A DNA stretch of 64,000 nucleotides from a virus. Lineage: Duplodnaviria; Caudoviricetes. The position numbers and the translations under genes were made by a program. The notes below the pieces were generated by a model. It was not told where the DNA came from, searched no databases, and saw nothing but the letters and a program-made list of their open reading frames with translations. The DNA lies in IMG/VR virus record IMGVR_UViG_3300029288_000066, positions 96,001 through 160,000 of that record; one strand, given 5' to 3'. Shown in pieces: positions 10,002 through 19,943 of the stretch (positions are counted from its first letter, which is position 1; every line of letters begins with the position of its first letter).

Positions 10002-13000
10002 TTACATTTTCATCCCAGTAATATAAATAAATTTATCTCTACGTTCAATTTTTCCAACGATTTTGAATCCAGCTTCGGTAATTAAATTAGCAAGCTCTTC
10101 TTCTGAACCTTCTTCTTCATATTTCTTTGCAGTTTCTGCAATATGAATTACACCACCAAAAGCTAATACACGGTAGGCCTCTGTAATATATTCCTTGTAG
10201 TTGGTTCCCCACAGTGCCAAACTGAATACGGCAACATCTACACTTTCGCTCTCCAAATGTGCACTTACATCTTTAATGTCGCAAGCAATAACAGAATCGT
10301 CACAAGCTATGTGGTCAAAAGCAAATACCTGATTGTTTGGTATGCAATGACGCATTTTGTTTTCTCCGCAACCAAAGTCAGCAACAATAGACCTTCGGTT
10401 CTTAATTTTTGTGGCAATATATTCATAAGGAATTTCATTCCACTCCTTCATGCTCTCATTACGTAATGCATGATAATGGAACCAAGAGTCTGGATTGTCA
10501 GCAAATTCGTTGTGCATTGTGGTAGAATGTAATGTTTTTCCACGTCTGTTGAATTCTGACAATTCTGAATTAATTCTATGTCTGCGTTCTTCACCTTCAA
10601 TTATTTCAGGATAAAGATTAATTTGTGTAGCACTTCTTTCTTCCCCAATAATTTGTCCTTGATTAATTCTGTCTTTCCAAAGTTGGAGTGATTTCTGCGA
10701 CTTTTTAAACATTGTGCCTGCTGTTGGCATAATTCTAGAAGGAATAATTCCATCGACAGCGGCATCGGCCAACGTCTTTTTATTTTTAATTAAATTAAGT
10801 CTTTGAATGTCCCATGACCAAATTTCTCCTTCTCCCAGCTCTACTTTAACTTGAGGAATAATAAATTCTACATTATCAAAAATTGAGCCCTGGCGAAAAA
10901 TTCTTCCCTTTAGCTGAGTGTATTCAGAATCAGTCCAAGGAAGCGTAATTAAAATCATTCTATCGCAAATTTCCTGAAGACCATCAACGCCAGTACCAAT
11001 GGGTTTGGAGCCAATAAGAACATCAATATTCCCATCAACAAAATCTGCTAAATTTTGGTCTCTAAAGTAAGGAGACTCGTCCCCTGTGTATGTCGCAGTT
11101 GTAAATCCAAGTGACTGAACAAATTCTTCAATTCGTTCTACAATTCCTGTGGTAAAATAAGTATAGATAATAACGCCTTTGCGAATATAATTGGCTATCA
11201 TCCTAAACTTTTCATCCAATAACATTTTCTCAACATCAACGTATTCACTTGGTCGAAGTGCTAACAAATCATCTAACAAATAATTCGCAGTAGCACTAAG
11301 ATTCGTCATGTTCTGACCAGTTAATTCGTTGACGCCAATGTCATATTTGGGAATAAATCTCAACCCATTAAGAATTAATTGTCTGAAAATGTTAAGGGCA
11401 TTTGCAAGACTTTTTCTTGTTTCCAAATCTTCATACTCAAGTCCAGTCATAAGATTAAGAAGCGATTTCGCTTCAAAAAGATTATTAATTACTGGTGTTG
11501 CAGACATAACCAACGTATAGAAACTTGCGTTTGTTTCTCTAATTCTCCCAAGAAGTCTGTTTAAGACAATTCTCCTCAATGTCTCATTGTTATCGTCACG
11601 TTGTTTTGAGTTATGAACTTCATCAATGACAACAAAGTCAACCTGATTATTGTTTGTCAAGGATTGACACATTTCTTCAGAATATCCTTGCTGAAATTTT
11701 TCATAATTAAGAATGAGATAATTATGTCTGCTTCTATCAAAAATATAATTATCTTTATATTCAGTAAAAACCAAACTATCTGGATATACATTCTTAATTG
11801 CTTTGCAAGTCTGCTTAATTGTAGAATTAAGAGCAACAACAAGTGTTAAGGCAGCATCAATTTCTCTGCTGGCAATAATAAATGACAAAGTTTTCCCTGC
11901 ACCTGTCCCCGACCAGTTTCCATAAGACTTGTTTTTGAGCAACCTCTGAACTGTTAATTTCTGCATTAAGTTTGGTTCATGCTCAAAAGAATATCCAGCT
12001 GGTACGGTATAATTTACAACCTTATTGTACTCTTCAAAGAATAAATTTTTGATTGTTGTGAAATACGTTCCACCAATTTCATCTCTTAATGTTTCTACAT
12101 AACCAATATCATTTAGAACTTGGTTCCATAATTTACGCAATTTGTACTGTACAAGACTCTCTATTGCCTCTTCGTCCATTGTGGCATATAAAGAGTTGTC
12201 AAGAGAGTGTAAATCGGCTATGGGGTTAATTTGAGGCAATTTTGTTTCATCAATTGCGCTTACTGATGTGATTTCTTCGTCAACATCATCCACTTCAATA
12301 AAATCTTCATCCTCATTATTAATAACTTCGTCAACATCTTCAACAGAAATAATGCTATTTGCATCTGGAGAAGTTTCATTTGATTCATCTTCAAGACGCT
12401 CTCTCAACTCTTGCAAGGTGGCAATACGCTCATCAGTATCAGCTTCAGTGTTAATTAAAGGACGAAAATCAATTGGCAAGTTTCCCTGACCTATGATAAT
12501 TGATAATTCAATTGGGTCCATTGTAAGAAGGTCTGAAGACTCAAGAGAGTTTAATAAAGAAAGCTTGTGAGATTTTCTCCATCCATGATTGCATATTGAA
12601 CAACCTTGCCCCTGCAAGTGATTTGCTGGAATCTGTTCAAACATTCCATGAATTGGGCAAATAATTTTAACTTTAGTATCTGTATTTACATACTCTGCCA
12701 AAGAATAATCATATTTGTCTCCGTGAACCTTTTTGGCCTTATTAAGAAATTCTTCTCGTGAAAGTTTATAAAATCCACTACACCTTGGACAACCTTGACT
12801 TTTTAAGTGAACACTTGGCCTTTGTTCAAATTCACCATGAACTGGACATATAATTTTAATGTTAGTGTCAGTGTTTACATATTTTACTAATGAATAATCA
12901 TAATTATCTCCGTGGATTTGTTTAGCTTTCTTAATAAATTCACCATTTGTTAATTTTATATTTCCTGCACATTTCCCGCACCCATTCCCCATTAAATGAT

Positions 13001-13745
13001 TGCTTGGGACTTGTTCAAACTCTCCGTGTTTTGGACAAATTATTTTTACTTTTGTGCCTGAATTCTTACACTCAACCAATGAATAATCATATTTATTTCC
13101 GTGTATACCTTTAGCCTTTTGAATAAATTCTTCTGTTGTTAAAATCGTATTGCCCGCACACTTTTGACATCCATTACCAGCAATATGAGAGCCTGGCGTT
13201 TGTTCAAATTCATAATTACATTGACGGCATTTAATTTTTACCTTTGTGTTGGCATTGACATATTCTACACTACTGTAATCAAATTTATCTCCGTGAATAT
13301 CCTTGGACTTTTGGACAAACTCTATTAATGTTTGTTTTTGAGCACTATTTGTTTTATCTCTCCCACAAATAGGACATCCAGACCCAAATAGGTGTGAGTA
13401 GGGTGATTGTTCAAATTCATTATTATGTTTTACACATTTAACAACAACTTTGTTTTTACAACCTACATATTTAACCTTTGAATAATCATATTTGTCACCG
13501 TGAATAGCTTTAGCTTTTTGAATAAACGTTTCTGTTGTCAAAGCTACATTGCCCGCACATCTTGGGCAATCTGATTTTTTATCAATATGAGATTTTTTTG
13601 TTTGTTCAAAAATGCCGTGAACATAACACTGAATTTTAACGGGCGTTGTTGTGTTTACATACTCCACCAAAGAATAATCATACTTATCACCGTGAATAGC
13701 TTTTGCTTTCTGGATAAAAGACTCCGTTGTCATTTTCGTTGCCAT
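10002..13745 (-). CDS. Fusion: six DUF723-like zinc repeats + SF2 helicase + Rrp8-like SAM methyltransferase
   Basis: 6x FIxKAKxIHGDKYDYS...CPxC; GTGAGKT, DEVH, SATP, QLKGRIFR; VADFGCG and DVAVFSLALWGTN. Confidence 0.85.
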   Translation of the reverse strand: MATKMTTESFIQKAKAIHGDKYDYSLVEYVNTTTPVKIQCYVHGIFEQTKKSHIDKKSDCPRCAGNVALTTETFIQKAKAIHGDKYDYSKVKYVGCKNKVVVKCVKHNNEFEQSPYSHLFGSGCPICGRDKTNSAQKQTLIEFVQKSKDIHGDKFDYSSVEYVNANTKVKIKCRQCNYEFEQTPGSHIAGNGCQKCAGNTILTTEEFIQKAKGIHGNKYDYSLVECKNSGTKVKIICPKHGEFEQVPSNHLMGNGCGKCAGNIKLTNGEFIKKAKQIHGDNYDYSLVKYVNTDTNIKIICPVHGEFEQRPSVHLKSQGCPRCSGFYKLSREEFLNKAKKVHGDKYDYSLAEYVNTDTKVKIICPIHGMFEQIPANHLQGQGCSICNHGWRKSHKLSLLNSLESSDLLTMDPIELSIIIGQGNLPIDFRPLINTEADTDERIATLQELRERLEDESNETSPDANSIISVEDVDEVINNEDEDFIEVDDVDEEITSVSAIDETKLPQINPIADLHSLDNSLYATMDEEAIESLVQYKLRKLWNQVLNDIGYVETLRDEIGGTYFTTIKNLFFEEYNKVVNYTVPAGYSFEHEPNLMQKLTVQRLLKNKSYGNWSGTGAGKTLSFIIASREIDAALTLVVALNSTIKQTCKAIKNVYPDSLVFTEYKDNYIFDRSRHNYLILNYEKFQQGYSEEMCQSLTNNNQVDFVVIDEVHNSKQRDDNNETLRRIVLNRLLGRIRETNASFYTLVMSATPVINNLFEAKSLLNLMTGLEYEDLETRKSLANALNIFRQLILNGLRFIPKYDIGVNELTGQNMTNLSATANYLLDDLLALRPSEYVDVEKMLLDEKFRMIANYIRKGVIIYTYFTTGIVERIEEFVQSLGFTTATYTGDESPYFRDQNLADFVDGNIDVLIGSKPIGTGVDGLQEICDRMILITLPWTDSEYTQLKGRIFRQGSIFDNVEFIIPQVKVELGEGEIWSWDIQRLNLIKNKKTLADAAVDGIIPSRIMPTAGTMFKKSQKSLQLWKDRINQGQIIGEERSATQINLYPEIIEGEERRHRINSELSEFNRRGKTLHSTTMHNEFADNPDSWFHYHALRNESMKEWNEIPYEYIATKIKNRRSIVADFGCGENKMRHCIPNNQVFAFDHIACDDSVIACDIKDVSAHLESESVDVAVFSLALWGTNYKEYITEAYRVLAFGGVIHIAETAKKYEEEGSEEELANLITEAGFKIVGKIERRDKFIYITGMKM

Positions 13746-14032
13746 AATGTCTTCGTTTTGTTTCTATTATATTATACGAAAAAAACGGAGAAAAGTTACT
13801 TCTTTTCTACCTTTTGTTCATCGCCCACTTTTGGCTTGTCACTTTCCTTTGTTTCTTTTTTAATACGGTTAATATCTTTTCTTACTGGTTCGCTTGGATT
13901 TTGAGTGGTTGTCTTTGTGAATTCTTCTTTTTTAGTTATTTCATTCATAATGCTTTATTTTAAATCAAAAACTGAATTGTTCTCGACTGCTCAAATATAC
14001 TTAAAAATTAAAAATTTTTCAATCTTTTTTTA

Positions 14033-14386
14033 TTAATTCCAATTAAAATGATTCAACCATTCCTCACGCAATGAATCTGGAACTTTTAACCAATTATTCT
14101 TCTCACAAATTTTACCTTCTTCTCCAAAGGTTGGAATAAAACTGATATGAACCTCTTTCTCAAAATCCTCAAAACAATATTTTATTGATAATGCTCCAAT
14201 TTTGTTAAATTCCAAATTTGAAATTTTTACTTGTAAATTTAATTTCTCGAAAAAATATTCTTGTAATTTATTCTTTAAAACCACCATTTCAAACCTGTCT
14301 TTGTCTGGGTCGTATTCTATTGGGCTTTCTTCAAAAAAGTCATTCATTATTTCTACGAGCTTTTGTTCTTTTTCCCCAGTTTCCAT
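14033..14386 (-). CDS. Hypothetical protein
   Basis: ORF track; upstream TATATTTG. Confidence 0.65.
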   Translation of the reverse strand: METGEKEQKLVEIMNDFFEESPIEYDPDKDRFEMVVLKNKLQEYFFEKLNLQVKISNLEFNKIGALSIKYCFEDFEKEVHISFIPTFGEEGKICEKNNWLKVPDSLREEWLNHFNWN

Positions 14387-14492
14387 AAATACAGTTATTT
14401 AATTTGACACAAATATATAAAAAAGTTTCCAAGAAAAGAAATTTTTGTTTTTTAACTGTAATTTTCCTATATTTACTAAAAAATCAAAGTTT

Positions 14493-14633
14493 ATGGCAAG
14501 AGAAAAGAAAAAAACAAAGGAAATAACAATATCTGTATCTGCAAAAGTTTTTAATGAATTAGAAGAAAAAAAATACAACAAAAACAAGTTAATTGTCAGT
14601 TTATTAGAAAAATATTTGTCAGAAAACAAATAA
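14493..14633 (+). CDS. Small ribbon-helix-helix-like protein (RHH-1)
   Basis: MAREKKKTKEITISVSAKVFNELEEKKYNKNKLIVSLLEKYL; paralog at 34399. Confidence 0.7.
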   Translation: MAREKKKTKEITISVSAKVFNELEEKKYNKNKLIVSLLEKYLSENK

Positions 14634-14701
14634 ATTTTTAGCTATTTAGCTAATTTTATTTTTTTTACCTATTTATAAGAAACAATTAAAACTTATAAGC
14701 C

Positions 14702-14857
14702 ATGGGAAGAAAAAAAATATCACCAGAGAATAAAGTGAAAACCTTAAAAGTCTACATTCCAGAAGAGCTCTACAAAAAACTGGAAGAAAAAGACATTAAA
14801 AACAAGTCTAAGCTTTTTAATTGGCTTTTGGAACAACATTTTGGTTTCACTGAATAA
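14702..14857 (+). CDS. Small ribbon-helix-helix-like protein (RHH-2)
   Basis: Manual translation MGRKKISPENKVKTLKVYIPEELYKKLEEKDIKNKSKLFNWLLEQHFGFTE; paralog at 34620. Confidence 0.7.
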   Translation: MGRKKISPENKVKTLKVYIPEELYKKLEEKDIKNKSKLFNWLLEQHFGFTE

Positions 14858-14867
14858 TCTTAACTGT

Positions 14868-15704
14868 ATGGAAAGCGAAGTTATAATAAGAAAATGTGGC
14901 GTATGTCGCATACCAAAGCCGTTAAGCGAATTTGGCAAAAATAAAGCTATGAAATATGGCCATAGATATGTTTGCATTGAATGCAGGCGAAATAAAGTTG
15001 TTAGAGTTAAAGAAATAATTCCAGATGGTTTTAAAAAATGTGGGTTCTGCAAAGACATTAAAGAGATTTCTGAATTTAACGTAGACAAACACACAAAAAC
15101 GGGATTTGCTTCTTATTGTAAAGAGTGCAACAAAGGAAAACTGTTTGTAAAATACAGAAAAACTCATGTTTTAAAAGTTAAAGAAATTTTGCCAGAAGGA
15201 TTAAAACGTTGTAGTAAGTGTAAGGATGTAAAATTAAAAGAAGACTTTGGTATAAATAAAAATACAAATGATGGATTGAGATATTATTGTAAATCGTGTA
15301 GAAATAAAGATTACGATAAAGAAAAAAGACGTAAGTATATTAATAAATGGTCTAATGAATATAACAAAAAAAATCCACACATAATGGCTTGGAGAAACCT
15401 GCTAAAACACTCATTAGAACGTCTTGGGAAGAAAAAAGAAGATTACACATCAAAACTGCTTGGTTATTCTGCTATTGATTTGAAAAGATATATAGAGGAT
15501 TTATTTACGGATGGAATGTCTTGGGATAACTATGGAGAATGGCACATAGACCACAAAAAGGCAGTTTCTAAGTTCAACAAGGACACACATCCTTCTATCG
15601 TTAATTCATTGAGTAATTTGCAACCACTTTGGGCTACAAGTAGGTGGATAAATGGAGTTTTTTATCTGGGAAATCTAAATAAAAACAATAGAGATATCAT
15701 TTAA
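14868..15704 (+). CDS. HNH-type homing endonuclease with three CxxC zinc repeats
   Basis: KCxxC...EF...CxxC repeats; MSWDNYGEWHIDH...NLQPLW. Confidence 0.85.
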   Translation: MESEVIIRKCGVCRIPKPLSEFGKNKAMKYGHRYVCIECRRNKVVRVKEIIPDGFKKCGFCKDIKEISEFNVDKHTKTGFASYCKECNKGKLFVKYRKTHVLKVKEILPEGLKRCSKCKDVKLKEDFGINKNTNDGLRYYCKSCRNKDYDKEKRRKYINKWSNEYNKKNPHIMAWRNLLKHSLERLGKKKEDYTSKLLGYSAIDLKRYIEDLFTDGMSWDNYGEWHIDHKKAVSKFNKDTHPSIVNSLSNLQPLWATSRWINGVFYLGNLNKNNRDII

Positions 15705-16089
15705 CCACTTCGCTTTTATATAAACCCATTTCTTCAAGCATTTTATCAACCTTTTCCCAATCTATAAAAGGCCTTGGATGCAATTCTGGGTCGAACTTAA
15801 GAGGGACGCCCAGGGCAGCATCATCAATAATTAATTGGCCATAAGCTTTTGGACTTTTCGTCCAAGTGTGTTGGTCGGGGTTCTTTTGGATTCCGTATAA
15901 TGGGATTTCATTATCATTAAACCACTTAACCGCAGCGTCTAAAAATTCATCACTTCTCATTGTAAACAAAATGAGATTATGCCCGTTTTTAATAAGTTTT
16001 TTTAAAATTGGTACAGCACCAATATCCCCTCCAATCTCAGGGAAGCTATGCAACACTACAGTCCCGTCATAATCCAAAATTATATCCAT
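15697..16089 (-). CDS. HAD-superfamily phosphatase
   Basis: DYDGTVV, LFTMR, IIDDAALG. Confidence 0.85.
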   Translation of the reverse strand: MDIILDYDGTVVLHSFPEIGGDIGAVPILKKLIKNGHNLILFTMRSDEFLDAAVKWFNDNEIPLYGIQKNPDQHTWTKSPKAYGQLIIDDAALGVPLKFDPELHPRPFIDWEKVDKMLEEMGLYKSEVVK

Positions 16090-16090
16090 A

Positions 16091-16438
16091 TTATATTTCT
16101 CTTTTTAATATCAAGATTTGTTTCTTTGATGTTTTAAGAAATATAAAGTTTTTCAAGAACAATGTCAAATTATTTTCGATGTTTGTGTCAAATAAATTTT
16201 CAAACCCAAAAATATGTATTTTAAGAGCCCAATCTTTATTTGATATGATTCCAAAGAGAAAGTCTCCAACATCAATAGTTTCCACTTTCCCAGATACAAT
16301 AGAACAATTAATATCGACATCTTCGGAAATACTTTCTCCGTTGATGGACATCTGCTTGTTTTTAAATCTAGCCTTTATATCTTGGCTAAACAGACCCTGC
16401 TGTTTTAATATTTCTGATAATTTGATTAGCATATACAC
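16091..16438 (-). CDS. Hypothetical protein
   Basis: ORF track; AAC-N16-CGTATAA promoter upstream. Confidence 0.65.
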   Translation of the reverse strand: MYMLIKLSEILKQQGLFSQDIKARFKNKQMSINGESISEDVDINCSIVSGKVETIDVGDFLFGIISNKDWALKIHIFGFENLFDTNIENNLTLFLKNFIFLKTSKKQILILKREI

Positions 16439-16487
16439 TTATACGGAAAAACACGAAAAAAGTTCATATTTATAAAAAAATATTATT

Positions 16488-16760
16488 ATGAAAGAATTTT
16501 TAGAAAACTACAAGAAAAAAGACTGCAAAACATGGATTGGAAGTATGATACAAATTCTTGTTTTTAACAACCTGGCTAGATTAGGATTTTTTTCTCTTTT
16601 AACAATAATCGGCGGAATTGGAATTGGCATTTTTCAAAGCATTGCAACAATATGGGTTGTTTTATTTTTCTCTGGACTTGTTTATCTTGCAATATTCATT
16701 TTAGTTGCAATTGCTTTTGCATGGATTATAAACCCCATTAGAAGTTTGAAAAATAAATGA
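16488..16760 (+). CDS. Membrane protein
   Basis: Two hydrophobic segments; TATTTATA upstream. Confidence 0.7.
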   Translation: MKEFLENYKKKDCKTWIGSMIQILVFNNLARLGFFSLLTIIGGIGIGIFQSIATIWVVLFFSGLVYLAIFILVAIAFAWIINPIRSLKNK

Positions 16761-17182
16761 TGACTTTTATTTTTATTGTTATTTTGTTAATCGCCGCTGC
16801 AATAAGTGACGCAGCTATGGATACCATAGAATTTCACTTTGAGAGGTCTATATTCTCTGGCTTAAAAAAATGGGACAATTGGTTTAATCCTGCAGTGAGC
16901 TGGAAAAACAAATATAAGAATCATGACCCCCTACAAGGACCAGCGTTCTTTGGAAGTACGACGTTTCTTATTTGGACAACCGATGCCTGGCATTTTTTCC
17001 AAATGCTAATGCTAACCAGCTTTCAAGTTGCTATAATACTTGGAATAAATTATATATTTTTTCAAGGATTTTACTTTTGGAAAATATTGCTGATAGACAT
17101 TGGAATGTTATCAATAGCAAAGCTTCTTTATGGAACAATATTCGAAGCGTTTTGGAGAAAGATTTTTGTTAAGAAGAAATAA
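16757..17182 (+). CDS. Membrane protein (SWKNKY...TDAWH family)
   Basis: Hydrophobic segments; ATGA overlap with previous gene. Confidence 0.75.
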   Translation: MMTFIFIVILLIAAAISDAAMDTIEFHFERSIFSGLKKWDNWFNPAVSWKNKYKNHDPLQGPAFFGSTTFLIWTTDAWHFFQMLMLTSFQVAIILGINYIFFQGFYFWKILLIDIGMLSIAKLLYGTIFEAFWRKIFVKKK

Positions 17183-17373
17183 AACTCATCAAGCAGAATG
17201 GACTTCTCTTGTTTCTGCTTTCGCATCCTTAAGATTATATTTCTTAGACACGGCCAATGTTTCTTTTCTGAAAAAAACACTAAGTAATTTTAATTTTAAT
17301 TTAGAACAAAATCCTAACTTTTTCATTTTTAATAGTATTTGTTATTAGTTTATACGAAATTTTTACGAAAAAG

Positions 17374-18057
17374 TTACCATTCCTTAGAAAAAATAGCTGC
17401 TGGATAATGTTTATGGGCATAGTCCATCCAAATTTTCATTATTTTTCCCTTTTCTTCTTGATTTATAATAGGATTTTCTTCCATAAAGTAATTAAGATAA
17501 CTGCTTGCTACGTCATCTATTGGAATCTTTTTTATTTTTGCCTCTCTGTAAAAACCAGCAATCATTGCTGGAATTTCATCCCTTGATACGAAATAACCAT
17601 ACTTATCTTCAAGTTCCACCCTTTTCCTTATGCTAAGAGGTTTTGCTCTTCCTGGAATATAGTTTTTTCCCTTCTGCTGGGTCAGATGCTCAATCTCATA
17701 CCTTACAACACGATTTAACTCAGCGTTTATGTCAACATACATGAGGCGCTCTATTTCTCTGTTTGGAGCATCTATGTCAACTTCCATTCTAACAGTTTTG
17801 GTACTAAGCAAAGTCTCTCCACCAATCCTATAAAAACCCCCTTCTTTATCTATGGTTCTTTTTACGAAAACATAAAGCTTCATGTTGATTGGCGTCTTAT
17901 ATTTAAAAAGATATCCTTCCTCTTTTTTTCTGCTGACCTTCGAATCTCTTATAAGCTTCCAGATATCGTTAACGATTTTTCCAGAAACCCAGTCAAACCT
18001 TCCCTCATTCAACAAGTCGTCAATAACTTCTCTTACTATTTCCCTTACAATATCCAT
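17374..18057 (-). CDS. Putative virion-packaged protein with degenerate zincin motif
   Basis: N-terminal IVREIVREVI tag; YEIEH...EIPA; TATTTATA promoter. Confidence 0.55.
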   Translation of the reverse strand: MDIVREIVREVIDDLLNEGRFDWVSGKIVNDIWKLIRDSKVSRKKEEGYLFKYKTPINMKLYVFVKRTIDKEGGFYRIGGETLLSTKTVRMEVDIDAPNREIERLMYVDINAELNRVVRYEIEHLTQQKGKNYIPGRAKPLSIRKRVELEDKYGYFVSRDEIPAMIAGFYREAKIKKIPIDDVASSYLNYFMEENPIINQEEKGKIMKIWMDYAHKHYPAAIFSKEW

Positions 18058-18101
18058 AAACAATAATCAACAATTTGTTTATAAATATTTAAAAAAAATA
18101 T

Positions 18102-18368
18102 CTATTTATCAGCCACTGGCTGCCATCTTAGTTTATCATTTTTTATGGCCTTATTTATCCACCTCATTAGAAACATAACCTTTTCTTGTATGTTAAACGT
18201 AGCATCACCAACCTCTGCTCTTTCGCTAACGTCAACAGGAACCGTATACATTAAGTCTTCAACTACATAATTATACATCAAATTAGAACCAATACAGCAA
18301 TCAAGTGTTGCCATATTGCCGTCTTTAACCATTTGTGTTACTGTGTGCTTTAGATTTTCCATCTTCAT
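18102..18368 (-). CDS. Hypothetical protein
   Basis: ORF track. Confidence 0.65.
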   Translation of the reverse strand: MKMENLKHTVTQMVKDGNMATLDCCIGSNLMYNYVVEDLMYTVPVDVSERAEVGDATFNIQEKVMFLMRWINKAIKNDKLRWQPVADK

Positions 18369-18479
18369 TAAATTTTGAAATCATTTCCTTCATTCTGTTT
18401 TCTCGCTTGATTAGCATATTCTTTAATTTCAACTTTGCTTCATCAGAGAGTTCTCCAATTGGGATAAGCGTTATACCAT

Positions 18480-19103
18480 TCATAATTTTTGTTCTTCTAA
18501 ACTGATTAAATATTCAAGCTCTTCATTTATTTCTTTTGAAAATTCTTTGTATAATTCTTTTCCAAGCTTTGTTCTAAACTTTAAAACCTTATAAAAACTT
18601 TCCTGATTCTCCAGCTGTTTTTTATAGTCAATTTTTGACTCCTTCTGCAAACCCAAATAATTTGCCTGCAGTCTCGTCGGTTCAAAAAGTTGTGTCATAT
18701 CAGCATCTCTTATTACCTTTTGCTGGGTACTTAATTTGTCGTCATCAATCTTATAGGGAAATTCCGTTGCATCAAGAATTTCATTAATTTTTTCTAAATC
18801 AAAATCAAGTTCACTTTCTTTCAAAAACTCCTTAACCCCTTCTTTAGCATTCTTTATGTTTACATCATCTTTCTGCTCTCCAGCCGTATGATTGTAATCG
18901 TGAAAAATTGCTGCAATTAATAGCTCCTTCATTTCTTTGTCACTTAGTTTTTCAACCTTACCAATGTAGTAAGAAAAAACCGTTACGATTATGTTGTGAT
19001 TTAAATTGTGATACGGAGAATAGAGAGATTTACTGTTCTCAATAATGAAGCTTAGCGCCTTGCCTAAACATTCAAATTTTTTAAAGACTTTTACGAAATT
19101 CAT
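18480..19103 (-). CDS. HD-domain phosphohydrolase, class I cyclic nucleotide PDE-like
   Basis: PYHNLNH, AAIFHD, IRDAD. Confidence 0.8.
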   Translation of the reverse strand: MNFVKVFKKFECLGKALSFIIENSKSLYSPYHNLNHNIIVTVFSYYIGKVEKLSDKEMKELLIAAIFHDYNHTAGEQKDDVNIKNAKEGVKEFLKESELDFDLEKINEILDATEFPYKIDDDKLSTQQKVIRDADMTQLFEPTRLQANYLGLQKESKIDYKKQLENQESFYKVLKFRTKLGKELYKEFSKEINEELEYLISLEEQKL

Positions 19104-19165
19104 ATACTTATATTTTAATTTTTAATAAATATAATGTTAAAAATTAAAAATATAAATACAATTTG

Positions 19166-19238
19166 TAGAAATGATTGGATTTGAACCAACGACCTTTTCC
19201 ATGTCACGGAAACGCTCTGCCAACTGAGCTACACTTCT
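19166..19238 (-). tRNA. tRNA-Val(GAC)
   Basis: Cloverleaf; anticodon arm TTTCC-GTGACAT-GGAAA. Confidence 0.9.
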
Positions 19239-19240
19239 AT

Positions 19241-19425
19241 AGTAAGAGTCCGAAGTCTTTTTGCCCTTCCTCTTATCCATTCCGCCACAGAATGGCTTAA
19301 GCCTCCAGGGGATGACCGCTGACTGAAGGACTCTCTAGACCCCGTATATCAGCTTTTACATTTTAATTTAAGTGACGGTTTAAACTTATAAATGTCACTT
19401 ATAAATATGTAAAAGTTTTGGGTTG
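19241..19425 (-). ncRNA. Unidentified structured region (two long hairpins) inside tRNA operon
   Basis: GAGTCC/GGACTC-closed hairpin with CCATTCTG/CGGAATGG tip; adjacent CTTTTACAT..TAAGTGAC/GTCACTTA..ATGTAAAAG inverted repeat. Confidence 0.45.
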
Positions 19426-19500
19426 TGGAAACACTTGGATTCAAACCAAGGACCCTCTGGTTGTAGGCCAGATGCTCTAAATCAGCTGAGCTATGCTTCC
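19426..19500 (-). tRNA. tRNA-Val(TAC), C33 variant
   Basis: TCTGG-CCTACAA-CCAGA. Confidence 0.88.
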
Positions 19501-19508
19501 GAAATTAG

Positions 19509-19581
19509 TGGGAGTGGAGGGAATCGAACCCCCTAAAAATTGGATGTAACCCAACTGCCCCAGCCGTTAGACGCCACTCCC
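19509..19581 (-). tRNA. tRNA-Val(TAC)
   Basis: GTTGG-GTTACAT-CCAAT; GGTTCGATTCC T-arm. Confidence 0.82.
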
Positions 19582-19590
19582 GTAAAAAAA

Positions 19591-19943
19591 ATAAGATGAG
19601 CATAGCCAGAGTTCTGTTTTATTTTAGCATTTGTCTGGCAAAATGACTCGTCAAACTGCCGTTAGCCTCTACCAGGTCATTATAGAATTGAAGGTTCCCA
19701 TTCTAGACCCATTTGAGTTGCACACCGCCATTTGGCTATTTATTTAAAATAAACGTTGCACCAGTAATAACGATTGTAATTCGTGGCTTTCGGGTTACTG
19801 ATTTATTTGGCGCACTCTAACCCATTTTTCTATTTTGATGCCAATCCTAACAACTTTAACATTACAATCTTCTGATTCCTTCTTAATGATGTGCTCTGAG
19901 CTTCCTCATGTATTAATTACATGCGCTAAATCCTCTTTCTTAT
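19591..19943 (-). ncRNA. rnpB: RNase P RNA
   Basis: P4 strands GAGGAAGCTCAGAGC and ACAGAACTCTGGCTA; P3 CATGTA/TACATG; P2 TTTAGC/GCTAAA; about 350 nt. Confidence 0.85.
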
